A stretch of DNA of 64,000 bases from Spirochaetota bacterium (GTDB lineage Bacteria; Spirochaetota; UBA4802; UBA5550), in the NCBI GenBank assembly GCA_050298055.1, contig JBNKTL010000005.1:77104-141103 (forward strand), written 5' to 3'. Below the pieces are notes generated by a model that was not told the origin of the DNA, made no database searches, and saw nothing but the letters and a program-made list of their open reading frames with translations. Each line of letters starts with the position of its first letter. Within the stretch, counting starts at the first letter, position 1. Both the position numbers and the translations under genes were made by a program. Below are positions 49,745 through 59,439 of the stretch, piece after piece.

Positions 49745-51274
49745 ATGGATGTTGACTTTTTTGATCATGAATCCGGTAGCCAGGCTGTTGAAGAGGAACT
49801 CAATCGTGATGATCTTCTTTACAGGGTATCAAATTACAGGTATAACAAAAAGCTTGGTGAACTCATGGTACATGATGTTTTTACCTGTAACCACGATTGT
49901 TCCGTGGTAGAAGCTGCAAGGGAGATGACAAGGAGAAAGATATCCTCGGTAGTTGTTGTGGATAATGAAGACAGGCCAACCGGAATTGTTACTGAAAGGG
50001 ACATGGTTGGAAATATCATTAGTAAAGATGTGAGTGATATGGCTAAAATTCTTATCTCAGAAATTATGACTCCCGATCCTCTCTGTCTCAATATCGATGA
50101 TACCCTTTTTAACGCACTCTCTGTTTTTTCAAAATATAAGATTAAACACCTGCCTGTGCTCAGTGAGGGGAAGGTAGCCGGAATTCTCACATTCAGGCAG
50201 ATCGTAAAGATAAGACATTACGATCCCCTTGTGCTTATCGGAAAGATAGAGGAAGCCGGAACCACAGGTGAATACAGGGAAATTAAAGAGAGTATGGTTG
50301 ACATGGTATTTGAAAGGCTCTCTTCAAAGATTGATCCTGTTGAAATAATCTATATGCTCTCCACTATTAATGCAAGTATACATAAGTCGCTTGCAGACAG
50401 GATTATCTATGAGCTTGGAGAAGAACCCCCTGTTGAATTTTCGCTCTTTTTAACCGGAAGTCACGGCAGGCGTGAGAATCTCCTGTTCCCTGATCAGGAT
50501 TTTGGTCTCATAATAGATGATTATGATGACAAGTATTTTAATGACAATGACAGGTATTTCCTTGAGTTTTCAAAAAGGCTTTCAGACTATCTCGCTGAAT
50601 CAGGATTTCCCTACTGTACGGGAAATATTATGGGTACTAATCCCAGCTGGCGAAAGAGACTTTTTGAGTGGAAAATCCATTTGAGATATATCCTGAATGG
50701 TGTATCAAGGGAATCCATAAGGTATACCACGCTTGTTTTTGATTCTACCCACCTTTTCGGAGAAGCCGGGATATTTAACAGCTTCAAAAATTTCGCAATT
50801 GCTGAGATCGGCAGGCACCACAACCTGCTCAGAGCCATGCATCTTGATGAAGAAGCGTCACACAAGGTCCCACTCAGCTTTTTCAGCAGGTTTATCACGG
50901 AGAAAGATGAGAAACACAAAGGTGAAATTGATATGAAGAGAAGCGGCCTGATATTTATCATTGAGGCTGTGAGGATACTTGCCCTGAGATATGGGATTAA
51001 AGACACCTCGACACTTGATCGTCTGGATTCACTGGTTAAGGCGGATGTCCTCAATGAAAATGATGCCGAGTATTTTGAAAACGCTTATCGTGTTATCCTG
51101 CAGCATACCCTGCGCGCGCAGGTGGAAAATTACAGGAAGACCGGAAAAAGTAATTATTTCTGTAATCCTAACAGCCTTTCACCGAGGAAGAAGCGCATTC
51201 TTAAATCTTCGTTCAAGGCAATCAGCCGGCTGCAGGAACTGGTGGGAAGTGATTTCGGCGAGTTGCTGATGTAG
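49745..51274 (+). CDS. CBS pair + DUF294 nucleotidyltransferase
   Basis: GIVTERD, GSHGRRENLLFPDQD, GF.YC.GNIM..NP.W, IDMKRSG. Confidence 0.88.
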   Translation: MDVDFFDHESGSQAVEEELNRDDLLYRVSNYRYNKKLGELMVHDVFTCNHDCSVVEAAREMTRRKISSVVVVDNEDRPTGIVTERDMVGNIISKDVSDMAKILISEIMTPDPLCLNIDDTLFNALSVFSKYKIKHLPVLSEGKVAGILTFRQIVKIRHYDPLVLIGKIEEAGTTGEYREIKESMVDMVFERLSSKIDPVEIIYMLSTINASIHKSLADRIIYELGEEPPVEFSLFLTGSHGRRENLLFPDQDFGLIIDDYDDKYFNDNDRYFLEFSKRLSDYLAESGFPYCTGNIMGTNPSWRKRLFEWKIHLRYILNGVSRESIRYTTLVFDSTHLFGEAGIFNSFKNFAIAEIGRHHNLLRAMHLDEEASHKVPLSFFSRFITEKDEKHKGEIDMKRSGLIFIIEAVRILALRYGIKDTSTLDRLDSLVKADVLNENDAEYFENAYRVILQHTLRAQVENYRKTGKSNYFCNPNSLSPRKKRILKSSFKAISRLQELVGSDFGELLM

Positions 51275-51304
51275 GAAATCTTTCCCCGCTCTGACCCTGC
51301 CTCC

Positions 51305-52738
51305 TTAAAACAGCCTGTTCTTTATCTTGAAAATCCACATGGTTATATACTGGAGGATAAAGGGCAGTACAAGTTTGGGAAAGAAGTTTATATTTTTAAA
51401 ACATCCCATAAATGAAAGATAGTGTATATGATCGCCTACTGATACGGGACATCCCCTGGCGCGAATATGCTTTTTCCCCCTGTTTTTTGCAATATTTGAC
51501 AGGGCGCCTATAAGCTTCACCAGCATATCATTTGACCGTGTTTTCGTTTCATCCACTTGGCCGGGGCTCCTGTACCTGCTTTCAATCTTTATCTCTTTTC
51601 CGTCTATTGTACCCTGCCAGCTTGTGCAATCTCCGGCAAAAATAACCTTTTCATCCTTCTCCAGGTCCAGGGGGCCTTCGACTTTTCCCACAACGTACCG
51701 GACCTTCTTCATATTCTTTTCTACGCCGGGAACTATTGTTCGTGTCATATGAATAGCTTCCTGCAGGGCACCGGGGCATCCCCCCCAGCAGTAATCTTTT
51801 GAGTGCTTTTCGGGAAAAGTCCCCACAGTACATTTTAATTGGGTGTTCTGAAAATATTTATCAACATGTTCCAGGCAGAACTGAAATCCGGCTGTTTTTT
51901 TCTGCACCTCTTTGAGGGGAAAATCACCCCCGAGATCGATCTCCTTTATATCCATGGGGCCATAGCCTCTTTCCGAAGTATATTTTAAATGTATGAGGTC
52001 TTTCGGATTTACATTCACCATGTGGCAGCCGACTGTATCAACGGCACATGAATTTGTCCCCATAATAATGGCGCCCATGGGGAAGGGGTCAGGTGTAAGC
52101 ATCATCTTCTGACCGGCAGATATGGCATCAATAGCGATAAAATGAGGCTGTATGACTTCCTGGAGGTCGGCAATCTTGTGTTCCAGGAAGCTGTTGTGGT
52201 CAACCAGCCTGTGCCTGTCATCCTGGATCCCGATAAAGTTTTTGAGGCTCAGTGTAAGCCTGCACCAGGGGTGTGCCTTGAACTTGGGAAGGTTTATAAG
52301 GAAGTCGCACTGTGCAATCGATTCGGGGAAGAACATCTGGTCCCGAAGTCTCCCTTTGGCTTTTATCTTGACAGGGACCTGCTTTTCCTCATCAAAGTAT
52401 GCTGCTTTAATATGGTGTTTCCTGATGACCTTATGGTATCCTGCGTTTCTGAATGTAAACCGTGTGGGTATTGTCAGGCCCGATCGTTCACCAAGAACGA
52501 TTTTGCTCGTATTGACAGAGTTCTTTTTAACCGCACTGATGACCCCGTCGATAAATTCCATCCGGGTAAACGCATTGGGGAAGAGCTCCTTATGGGCAAT
52601 AACAGTATTCGGTTTGAGGAGGACATTCCCTGTGGGCCTGACACCAAGTTCTTTCATTCCCAAATCTACAATTTCCGCTATCTTCCGGGGATCATAGTTA
52701 TCACATTTCATGATAAGGACTTTATGTTTTTTACTCAT
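51305..52738 (-). CDS. DUF362-domain Fe-S protein
   Basis: VLLKPN, INLPKFKAH, LSLKNFIG, AVD; C-terminal CWGGC, GDC, GCP. Confidence 0.8.
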   Translation of the reverse strand: MSKKHKVLIMKCDNYDPRKIAEIVDLGMKELGVRPTGNVLLKPNTVIAHKELFPNAFTRMEFIDGVISAVKKNSVNTSKIVLGERSGLTIPTRFTFRNAGYHKVIRKHHIKAAYFDEEKQVPVKIKAKGRLRDQMFFPESIAQCDFLINLPKFKAHPWCRLTLSLKNFIGIQDDRHRLVDHNSFLEHKIADLQEVIQPHFIAIDAISAGQKMMLTPDPFPMGAIIMGTNSCAVDTVGCHMVNVNPKDLIHLKYTSERGYGPMDIKEIDLGGDFPLKEVQKKTAGFQFCLEHVDKYFQNTQLKCTVGTFPEKHSKDYCWGGCPGALQEAIHMTRTIVPGVEKNMKKVRYVVGKVEGPLDLEKDEKVIFAGDCTSWQGTIDGKEIKIESRYRSPGQVDETKTRSNDMLVKLIGALSNIAKNRGKKHIRARGCPVSVGDHIHYLSFMGCFKNINFFPKLVLPFILQYITMWIFKIKNRLF

Positions 52739-52885
52739 AAATCAGCTCCATTAAGAGGAAAATCAGCTGCGAAAACCTGTTATATAACAATAATACAGAT
52801 AACAGGGCACATAAGCAATAATATTACCGCAGAAGTTGATAAGAAATCCTGTGGGGAGATGAAAAGTTGCCTTTTGGAAGTTCCT

Positions 52886-53476
52886 TTAGAGTACTTTGCC
52901 GGGAGTATACATAAGCTGGCTGTCATCCTTCTGTTTAAGGCGCAGTTTTCTTTCACTTTCGGGCTTTTTCAACTCAGATTCAATATACCTGGCCCTGTCG
53001 AGGATCGTAGGCGGTTCCTCTGAAATATTCCTCAGGAACCTCCATATCCAGCCCGGTCCTTCGGCAAGTTTTGGTTTGAGTTCCAGGGCCGTCTTATAGT
53101 CTTTCAGCGCATCTTCGTACCTGCCCATCTTATCAAGAAGAATGCCCCTGTTGGCAAAAGCCTCTGCAAACTTGCCGTTTATTTCAATAGCTCTGTCAAA
53201 GCTCTTCTTTGAATCGTCTAATTTATTGGCATACATCAGGGCAATTCCCTTGCCCAGGCAGGCCGCATCAAGTTTGTTGTTCATTGCCAGTGCCTTGTTG
53301 AAGTGGACCAGCGCATTCTCAAATTCGTTTTTTTCAAGAAAGTCATTTCCCATCCTGTATTCGTACTCTCCGGGAAAATCTTCCCTTGATATGCTGTTGT
53401 AAAAATAGATACCGTATGCGGCAACAGCAAGAAGGATCAGCAGGGGGATTAAATTTTTTTTAAATTGGTTTTTCAT
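52886..53476 (-). CDS. Membrane-anchored TPR protein
   Basis: N-terminal TM helix, TPR-type A...G..L / AFANRG / AL.LKP repeats. Confidence 0.85.
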   Translation of the reverse strand: MKNQFKKNLIPLLILLAVAAYGIYFYNSISREDFPGEYEYRMGNDFLEKNEFENALVHFNKALAMNNKLDAACLGKGIALMYANKLDDSKKSFDRAIEINGKFAEAFANRGILLDKMGRYEDALKDYKTALELKPKLAEGPGWIWRFLRNISEEPPTILDRARYIESELKKPESERKLRLKQKDDSQLMYTPGKVL

Positions 53477-53492
53477 CTCAATTTCTCTTGTT

Positions 53493-53744
53493 TTATTTCA
53501 TGTTGAACAGCTTGCCCGAGAGCATGTAATTAAAGAGAAGAGAGAATAATATTACAATTGCTACTATCAGAGGGAAGGTTTTTTTCTCTATATCTTTGCT
53601 CTCTTCTTCGGTTAAATCTCTCCCGAGCTTTCTGGCAGCCCTGTTAATTCTCCCTGCCAGGATTATTTTTTTTGTCGGCCTGTATAAAAGAAAAGCAAGT
53701 ACAATTATCGACACATTGTACCATATTATCATTTTATAATCCAC
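53493..53744 (-). CDS. Small two-TM membrane protein
   Basis: GGAGG RBS before GTG, two hydrophobic helices around R...K.GR.L.E.E. Confidence 0.7.
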   Translation of the reverse strand: MDYKMIIWYNVSIIVLAFLLYRPTKKIILAGRINRAARKLGRDLTEEESKDIEKKTFPLIVAIVILFSLLFNYMLSGKLFNMK

Positions 53745-53855
53745 GGGATGCCTCCATTCGGGTCATTTATCTGCTAATAGAACTAACGGGCGTTTCTCCG
53801 GTATTTTTTCAAACCGGGGAATGCTGTAAATGATTTTTTTGCAGACAATATAAAA

Positions 53856-53880
53856 AGTGAGGGGACAGAGTCCCCTCACT
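53856..53880 (-). terminator. Terminator after the symporter gene
   Basis: agtgaggggac-aga-gtcccctcact with a T run on the minus strand. Confidence 0.75.
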
Positions 53881-53908
53881 GTGTAGTCAAAAAGTTAAGT
53901 CTATTGGA

Positions 53909-55861
53909 TTACGGCTTGTCAACATCAAGTCTTGCTTTTTCAAGGTCTCCGATGTCTTCCACAAGCGCGGTAATTTCTTTTTCCGGAATCGTTGAAAATT
54001 GCATGTAGTATGCGAGGAACCACATCATGCAAACCCCGAGAAACCACCAGAGAATCTGCCATGCCCAGATTGAAGGCATCCCGAATGTCCAGGTGGCAGC
54101 ATCGTTCGGATTACCGAAAATGGTATTTCCTATAACAGCACCTGGTCCAATAGCGAAGATAAACCAGATAATGGTGACTATCCAGGCAACCGGTACCATC
54201 TTCTTCTTTGCCGCGGGAAGTCCTGCATGCTCATTGAGGAAGTTATGAAAGCTCATCTTGTGCTCAAGTTCTTCCTTGTTCTGTGTGAACATTGAGATAA
54301 TCACAGCAAGACCGAGGTTGAAATAGATACCCCATGCGGCTGAATGCATGGTCCACGGCCATCTTCCCCATGCTGTGATACCGAACCACTTGGTCCCGAT
54401 TGTCTCTGTCATGGTAACAGCAAGAATACCGGCGATAAGACCGACATTTATCCCTGTTTTCGTTAACCAGGGGAAGTAGCATATTCCTATAAGGGCCGGC
54501 CACATCTGGAAACCGTAGGCAACAGCAAGTCCGCCGAGAAGAACAAGAGCGTCTGTTGAAAATGTTGCAACAGTAAGAGCCGAAACAACAATGATAAGAA
54601 CGCCGACACGTCCCATGAACTTCTGGTTTTCATGTGAAGCTGATTTGTTGAGGAAATGCTTGTAAAGGTCCCTTGTGAGCATTCCACCGGCTGTTGACAT
54701 GTAAGCGGCGCCTGTTGACTGCATGGCGGCAAGGGCGCAAACAGAGAGAAGTCCTACTGCCCAGGGGGCAACATCCTTCATGAGGTTGATTATCTGAGGA
54801 ACAACCATTCCCTGCTTTCCCGGTGTCTCCATGAGGTCTTTACCGATCTGCATAATGTCTTTGCCCACACCTGCCTGAAGCATCGCGGAATCAGCACCGA
54901 TTAAGTGCGCTCCCAGACCCTGTATGGCTGTAAAAATTATCAGAATAAAGCCTATACCGGCTGAAGATGCCCATACCTGCTGAGGTGCGAAGGGTCTCGG
55001 GTTTTTGTTTGAGAATGACCACATTGTAAAAGCCGGGGCTGACTGAATACCCATAAGGGCAAACATGTAGGTAAGACACATCATACCTGTCCATGCGCCG
55101 CCAACTGCTTTCGGGCCGCTCTTTACAAACTGGATGACCCCGGGAATGGCAATATAGTGACTGTAGCCGTCAGGGGTTCTTTTCTTGTCGAGCTCTGCCA
55201 GCTTCGCGATACCGGCATTAAGCTCGCCGAATCCGCCAACGTAGCTGAGAACGATAAGTCCCAGTGTGAGAATACCGCCTGCAAGCAGGATGCATTGCAT
55301 AGTGTCAACATATGCAACAGCCCTCAGTCCGCCGGATGCAACATAGACAAATACGACGATAGAAAGAAGCCACATACCTACGTTAACAGAGAGCATTCCG
55401 TCTGTAAGGACGTTGAAGAGAAATCCAGATGCCCTCAGCTGTACGCCGAGATAAGGAATTGAGAAAAAGAGCGCTACTACAACTGTAAGAAGTCGTGTAA
55501 GGTCAGACTTGAAATAGTCAGAGAGCATCTCACCAGGAGTTACATATCCAAATCTCTTTCCCAGCATCCACTGCCTTTTCAGAAAAATAGTTCCTGTAAA
55601 TGGAATGGTTATTGCGTAGAATGATGCATACGCATACTGAAATCCGTCTCGATACAGAAGTCCGGGATGTCCCATAAACGTCCATCCTGAAAAGGACGTT
55701 GCAGTTGCTGCGAGAACGAATACCCAGATTGGTATCTGACGGCCGGCAATAAAGTAGTCAGAAGCCGTTTTGGACATTCTGGCGCCTTTGATGCCCCAGA
55801 AAATACAATAGGCCCAGTAAAGTGATACGAACACAAATAGCCAAATTACTTTTGCCTCCAC
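53909..55861 (-). CDS. Sodium:solute symporter family protein (possible monocarboxylate/acetate permease)
   Basis: DYFIAGR, ATSFSGWTFMG.PG, GGLRAVAY.D..Q, AAMQST; many TM helices; GGAGG before GTG 55861. Confidence 0.88.
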   Translation of the reverse strand: MEAKVIWLFVFVSLYWAYCIFWGIKGARMSKTASDYFIAGRQIPIWVFVLAATATSFSGWTFMGHPGLLYRDGFQYAYASFYAITIPFTGTIFLKRQWMLGKRFGYVTPGEMLSDYFKSDLTRLLTVVVALFFSIPYLGVQLRASGFLFNVLTDGMLSVNVGMWLLSIVVFVYVASGGLRAVAYVDTMQCILLAGGILTLGLIVLSYVGGFGELNAGIAKLAELDKKRTPDGYSHYIAIPGVIQFVKSGPKAVGGAWTGMMCLTYMFALMGIQSAPAFTMWSFSNKNPRPFAPQQVWASSAGIGFILIIFTAIQGLGAHLIGADSAMLQAGVGKDIMQIGKDLMETPGKQGMVVPQIINLMKDVAPWAVGLLSVCALAAMQSTGAAYMSTAGGMLTRDLYKHFLNKSASHENQKFMGRVGVLIIVVSALTVATFSTDALVLLGGLAVAYGFQMWPALIGICYFPWLTKTGINVGLIAGILAVTMTETIGTKWFGITAWGRWPWTMHSAAWGIYFNLGLAVIISMFTQNKEELEHKMSFHNFLNEHAGLPAAKKKMVPVAWIVTIIWFIFAIGPGAVIGNTIFGNPNDAATWTFGMPSIWAWQILWWFLGVCMMWFLAYYMQFSTIPEKEITALVEDIGDLEKARLDVDKP

Positions 55862-56216
55862 TTTTACCTCCAATTATCTTTTTTTTATTTTTTTTACCGG
55901 CTTTCCTGCCGGAACTAAGTAAAATTTTAAGGATCTTCAACAAAATCTTTTAATCTGTCAAGAGAAAATTATATTAATGAATTTATTTTCAAGTATTTAC
56001 TCATTATACTGGCATAACATAACATATGGTAGTTGCATGTATATATTATATTTAATAAAATTAAACGTATGTTTTGGTAGTAAAAGTGGTTTTCGAATAA
56101 CAAGTAAATGAAAATTTTTTAAGGTCCCATGTGAATTTCCCAAAAAAAAGGGCTGCTTCTTCAGCATGCCCTTTTAATGAATGTTTTATATACTCCCGGT
56201 CCAGCCGGTATTTTGC

Positions 56217-56588
56217 TTATTGAACTGTTATCTTTCTCGGTTTTGCATCTTCGCTTTTGCTCAGGACCACTTCCAGTATTCCGTCTGTGAGGTTAGCTTT
56301 AACGGACTCCCTGTGAATATCATTTCCGATTTTGAACTTTCTGTAGAAGTTTCTGGGGATAGACTCATAATATTTAAGTTCAGTTTCTTCCGGTTTGAGT
56401 TCTGATATATCAGCTCTGATCTCAAACTGGTCCCCATCTATAGTGATGTCAATATTTTCTTTCTCCACTCCGGGAACTTCAAATCTCATCCTGTATTCAT
56501 TTTCGTTCTCGAAGATATCTACAACCGGTATATAGACAGTTTCTGTCCTCTGATTGTTGTTTTCTCCTCTTTTGAGTTCGCCTTTCAT
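56217..56588 (-). CDS. Hsp20 small heat-shock protein
   Basis: P.VDIFE, EVPGV.K, F.R.F, A.L.DGIL. Confidence 0.92.
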   Translation of the reverse strand: MKGELKRGENNNQRTETVYIPVVDIFENENEYRMRFEVPGVEKENIDITIDGDQFEIRADISELKPEETELKYYESIPRNFYRKFKIGNDIHRESVKANLTDGILEVVLSKSEDAKPRKITVQ

Positions 56589-56625
56589 AATAGTGCCTCC
56601 TGTGATATTTTTCCCCGTAGTTTCT

Positions 56626-57033
56626 TTACCTGACCTCAATTTTCCTCAGGGCGGCTTTCTGACTTTTGGGCAATTCTATTGTGAGAATGCCGTCTTTCAG
56701 GTCTGCATTGACTTTTTCATGGTCTATGCCTTCGCCAAATTTTACTGTTTTTTTAAATTTACCGAAAGCCCTTTCTTTTCTCAGATATTTCTCTTCCGAA
56801 TAATCGGATTTTTTCTCACCATCGATAGTCAGGTGATTGTTTTTTATTTCAATATTTATGTCTTCCTTCTTTAGCCCGGGTAGTGCGGCTTTTATAACAT
56901 ACTTCTTATCCCCTTCGTAGAGCTGTATTGAGGGATATTCAGTTTGGAGATATCCATATTCGTTGCTGTTAAATATCCTGTCTGCAAGATCAAACAGATT
57001 CCTTTGATTATTAAAGACTCTATAGTTAAACAT
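56626..57033 (-). CDS. Hsp20 small heat-shock protein
   Basis: LPGLKKEDI, ER.FGKF, ADLKDGIL.I.LPK. Confidence 0.93.
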   Translation of the reverse strand: MFNYRVFNNQRNLFDLADRIFNSNEYGYLQTEYPSIQLYEGDKKYVIKAALPGLKKEDINIEIKNNHLTIDGEKKSDYSEEKYLRKERAFGKFKKTVKFGEGIDHEKVNADLKDGILTIELPKSQKAALRKIEVR

Positions 57034-57059
57034 AAACGGCCTCCTTGTTCAGTTAATTA

Positions 57060-57086
57060 TTAGCACTCAATATTATTGAGTGCTAA
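57060..57086. promoter_or_regulatory. CIRCE element (HrcA operator)
   Basis: Perfect TTAGCACTC-N9-GAGTGCTAA upstream of the hsp20 pair. Confidence 0.97.
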
Positions 57087-57090
57087 AGTT

Positions 57091-57119
57091 ATAATACAAA
57101 AATTTTTTAAAATCGTCAA
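57091..57119 (-). promoter_or_regulatory. Sigma70 promoter of the hsp20 operon
   Basis: TTGACG-17 nt-TATTAT on the minus strand, directly upstream of CIRCE. Confidence 0.75.
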
Positions 57120-57409
57120 TACCTGGAACGAAAAAAATAAAAAAATGTAAAAAAAACTCTGCCTCCTGGTTTGAGAATATCTCTATCATTAAATTTATAT
57201 TTTAGTTGACAGATGCCGACAATCATTGTATATGACTTATACAAATTTAGATGCAGGGTTTATGTATCGAGTAATATAGTAACTAGAAATTATCCCGCTT
57301 TTCTTACCCTTATTTAAAATCTGGCAGAAAAAACGGCTCACCAATTTTGTGCTTCTATATTTATCAGCATAGTATCATTGTATCAAAACAATTATCAGGA
57401 GTTTTTTAA

Positions 57410-57610
57410 ATGGAACAGGGAACTGTTAAATGGTTTAACGAAAGTAAAGGTTATGGGTTTATTCAGAGAGAGAACGGTGGAGATATCTTCGTTCATCATA
57501 CGGGAATTGACAGTGAAGGATTCAAGACACTTAACGATGGTGCAAAAGTGGAATTTATGGTTGAGGAATCTGATAAAGGCCCCAGGGCTGTTTCTGTGAA
57601 AGAAATATAG
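57410..57610 (+). CDS. cspA: Cold-shock protein
   Basis: GTVKWFN.SKGYGFI, DIFVH, GFKTL, KGPRA. Confidence 0.95.
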   Translation: MEQGTVKWFNESKGYGFIQRENGGDIFVHHTGIDSEGFKTLNDGAKVEFMVEESDKGPRAVSVKEI

Positions 57611-57795
57611 CTTAGTAAAATTATGAGCACCTTAATAAATTAAATAATTTTTCTCTAAACAATAAGGTACTCTGGTTTATGCAGGTACCTGAGAAATATT
57701 TAATTTTCATCATTAGAAGTGTGCTCAAAAGGGAATATAATAAAAATAATTTTTAAAGTTCCCTTATTATTTTGTTTTAATTCTGTGAATTGCTG

Positions 57796-57824
57796 AAAGC
57801 CTGACTTTTTAAGTCAGGCTTTTA
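57796..57824 (+). terminator. Terminator downstream of csp
   Basis: aaagcctgactt-ttt-aagtcaggctttt. Confidence 0.8.
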
Positions 57825-57871
57825 TTGCTCCGGGGTATTAAAACATTATGAAATAATAATACAAATTATCA

Positions 57872-58004
57872 AACGACTTAACTGTATAAATAAAATTTCA
57901 TATTTACTAAAATAGAAACGATATGTTCCCGCCGCGGTGGGCGGGACATATTTGTTATGTTTTTTTTTGTTGAATATGTTTATTTTTAATATATAGTAGT
58001 TATC
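57872..58004. mobile_element. Palindromic element copy D
   Basis: atatgttcccgcc...ggcgggacatat; left arm is nearly the reverse complement of the right arm of copy C. Confidence 0.65.
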
Positions 58005-58045
58005 AGATTATTGCTTATAATCCCAGGATATAAAAGAGAGGAAAT

Positions 58046-58192
58046 GTGTCAAAAAAGAGAAAATCTCCCTATGAAACTGCCAAGCGTCAAAAAGAACTTG
58101 AACGAAAAAAGAAGAAAGAACTAAAAAAGCAGAATAAACTTAAAGAAAAAGAAACTATTACTGAAAATAACGAGGACAACAGCGAATTTTAA
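58046..58192 (+). CDS. Small Lys/Glu-rich protein (48 aa, below the ORF-track cutoff)
   Basis: GAGAGGA RBS, GTG start, SKKRKSPYETAKRQKELERKKKKELKKQ... Confidence 0.55.
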   Translation: MSKKRKSPYETAKRQKELERKKKKELKKQNKLKEKETITENNEDNSEF

Positions 58193-58233
58193 GCTCTTCT
58201 TCAGAGAAAAAATATGTCTTCTTCTCATAAATC

Positions 58234-58656
58234 CTAAACATCCATATCAATAGATGTCCCGGACATGGCGTTCACAGGACATGCCTTCTTGCAGAGTCCG
58301 CATGCAATACAGTTTTCGGGATGAAAGAGGACCTCCATACTCTCCCTGTTGATGACCAGGGCTTCAACCCTGCATACTGCGGTACAGGCCCCGCAGTGTA
58401 CACACTTCTCCTCGTCCCTACTTATTCTGTCTGCAAGTATTTCTACACTGACTCCTTCGTCCCTGAAGTAACTGATGCTTCTGTTGACGGAATCACCTTC
58501 TCCCCGCAGCTCAAGAACCAGTCTTCCTTCCTGTTTCGGGTAGATCTTGGCTTCCAGGACATTAAAAATGACATCAAAGTCTTTGGCAAGTCTGTATATA
58601 ATCGGTTTGTACATTATCTTTTTATTGAATATCAGCAGTACATTTTTTGTATCCAT
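58234..58656 (-). CDS. NIL-domain 2x[4Fe-4S] ferredoxin
   Basis: P.IY.L.K.FD..FNVL.A NIL domain; CVHCGAC..VC and CIACGLC..ACP. Confidence 0.9.
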   Translation of the reverse strand: MDTKNVLLIFNKKIMYKPIIYRLAKDFDVIFNVLEAKIYPKQEGRLVLELRGEGDSVNRSISYFRDEGVSVEILADRISRDEEKCVHCGACTAVCRVEALVINRESMEVLFHPENCIACGLCKKACPVNAMSGTSIDMDV

Positions 58657-58676
58657 ATCAATTCCTGTTCTGATTT

Positions 58677-59438
58677 TTATGATTCACACCGGGGATCAAC
58701 TAATTCAATATCTCCCCACGCGGCCATATTATCGCTGTATATGACCAGGAGCCCTTTGACTCCTTTGATTCCCGAAACCCTGTTCACTGCTTCTTCCGCA
58801 TCTTCCGGGGACTTCACCAGGTTGCAGAGGAGAGTTGCCGCGGCATCGGCAAGAGCAGCGTTATGTGAAATTGCCGTTGCGGAATCAGCCTTTCCGAAGC
58901 TGAGGGAAGGGCCAATCTTTCCGGAAGAAGTGGATATTCCGCAGGGCGTATTCCCCGGCTCTAACCTGAGGGCTATCCTGTCCCTGAAATAGAGGTCTCC
59001 GGAGTATATGCTGATGGTCGCGCTGCCTGAAAGCTTCATCCAGGTATCGCCCCCGTTTTCAACGATCACTTCATCCGTATATTCGGCAAGATCACTGCCC
59101 ACCAGCTGGGCAATGGTCCCGGCAACAGCTGCCATGGGGCCGACCCCGGCAGACTCCGAAGCCCTGTACATCATGCTCACTGCGCGGCTTCCCGTGACGG
59201 CCTCTTCCAGGGGATCGAAAGATGTCATAAACGACTCCCTCTCTTCGATATGCTCCCTGATTTCTTTTCGGAGAGCCCTGACTTTTGCTACTGCAATTTC
59301 GAACATCTCACTTTTGGCAAGAGAGGAATTTGCCCCTGTACGTATCAAAAGATCGCTTGTCTCCACCTTTACTTCAAAGCTTTGCCAGCGTTTTGAATCG
59401 GTATGCTCTCTGTAAAATTTATCTGAAAACCTGTTCAT
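58677..59438 (-). CDS. UPF0280 (ApbE-like) protein
   Basis: ETSDL, GVGPMAAVAG, VENGGD, TSSG.IG.SLSFG.AD, ADAAAT. Confidence 0.9.
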   Translation of the reverse strand: MNRFSDKFYREHTDSKRWQSFEVKVETSDLLIRTGANSSLAKSEMFEIAVAKVRALRKEIREHIEERESFMTSFDPLEEAVTGSRAVSMMYRASESAGVGPMAAVAGTIAQLVGSDLAEYTDEVIVENGGDTWMKLSGSATISIYSGDLYFRDRIALRLEPGNTPCGISTSSGKIGPSLSFGKADSATAISHNAALADAAATLLCNLVKSPEDAEEAVNRVSGIKGVKGLLVIYSDNMAAWGDIELVDPRCES

Positions 59439-59439
59439 T

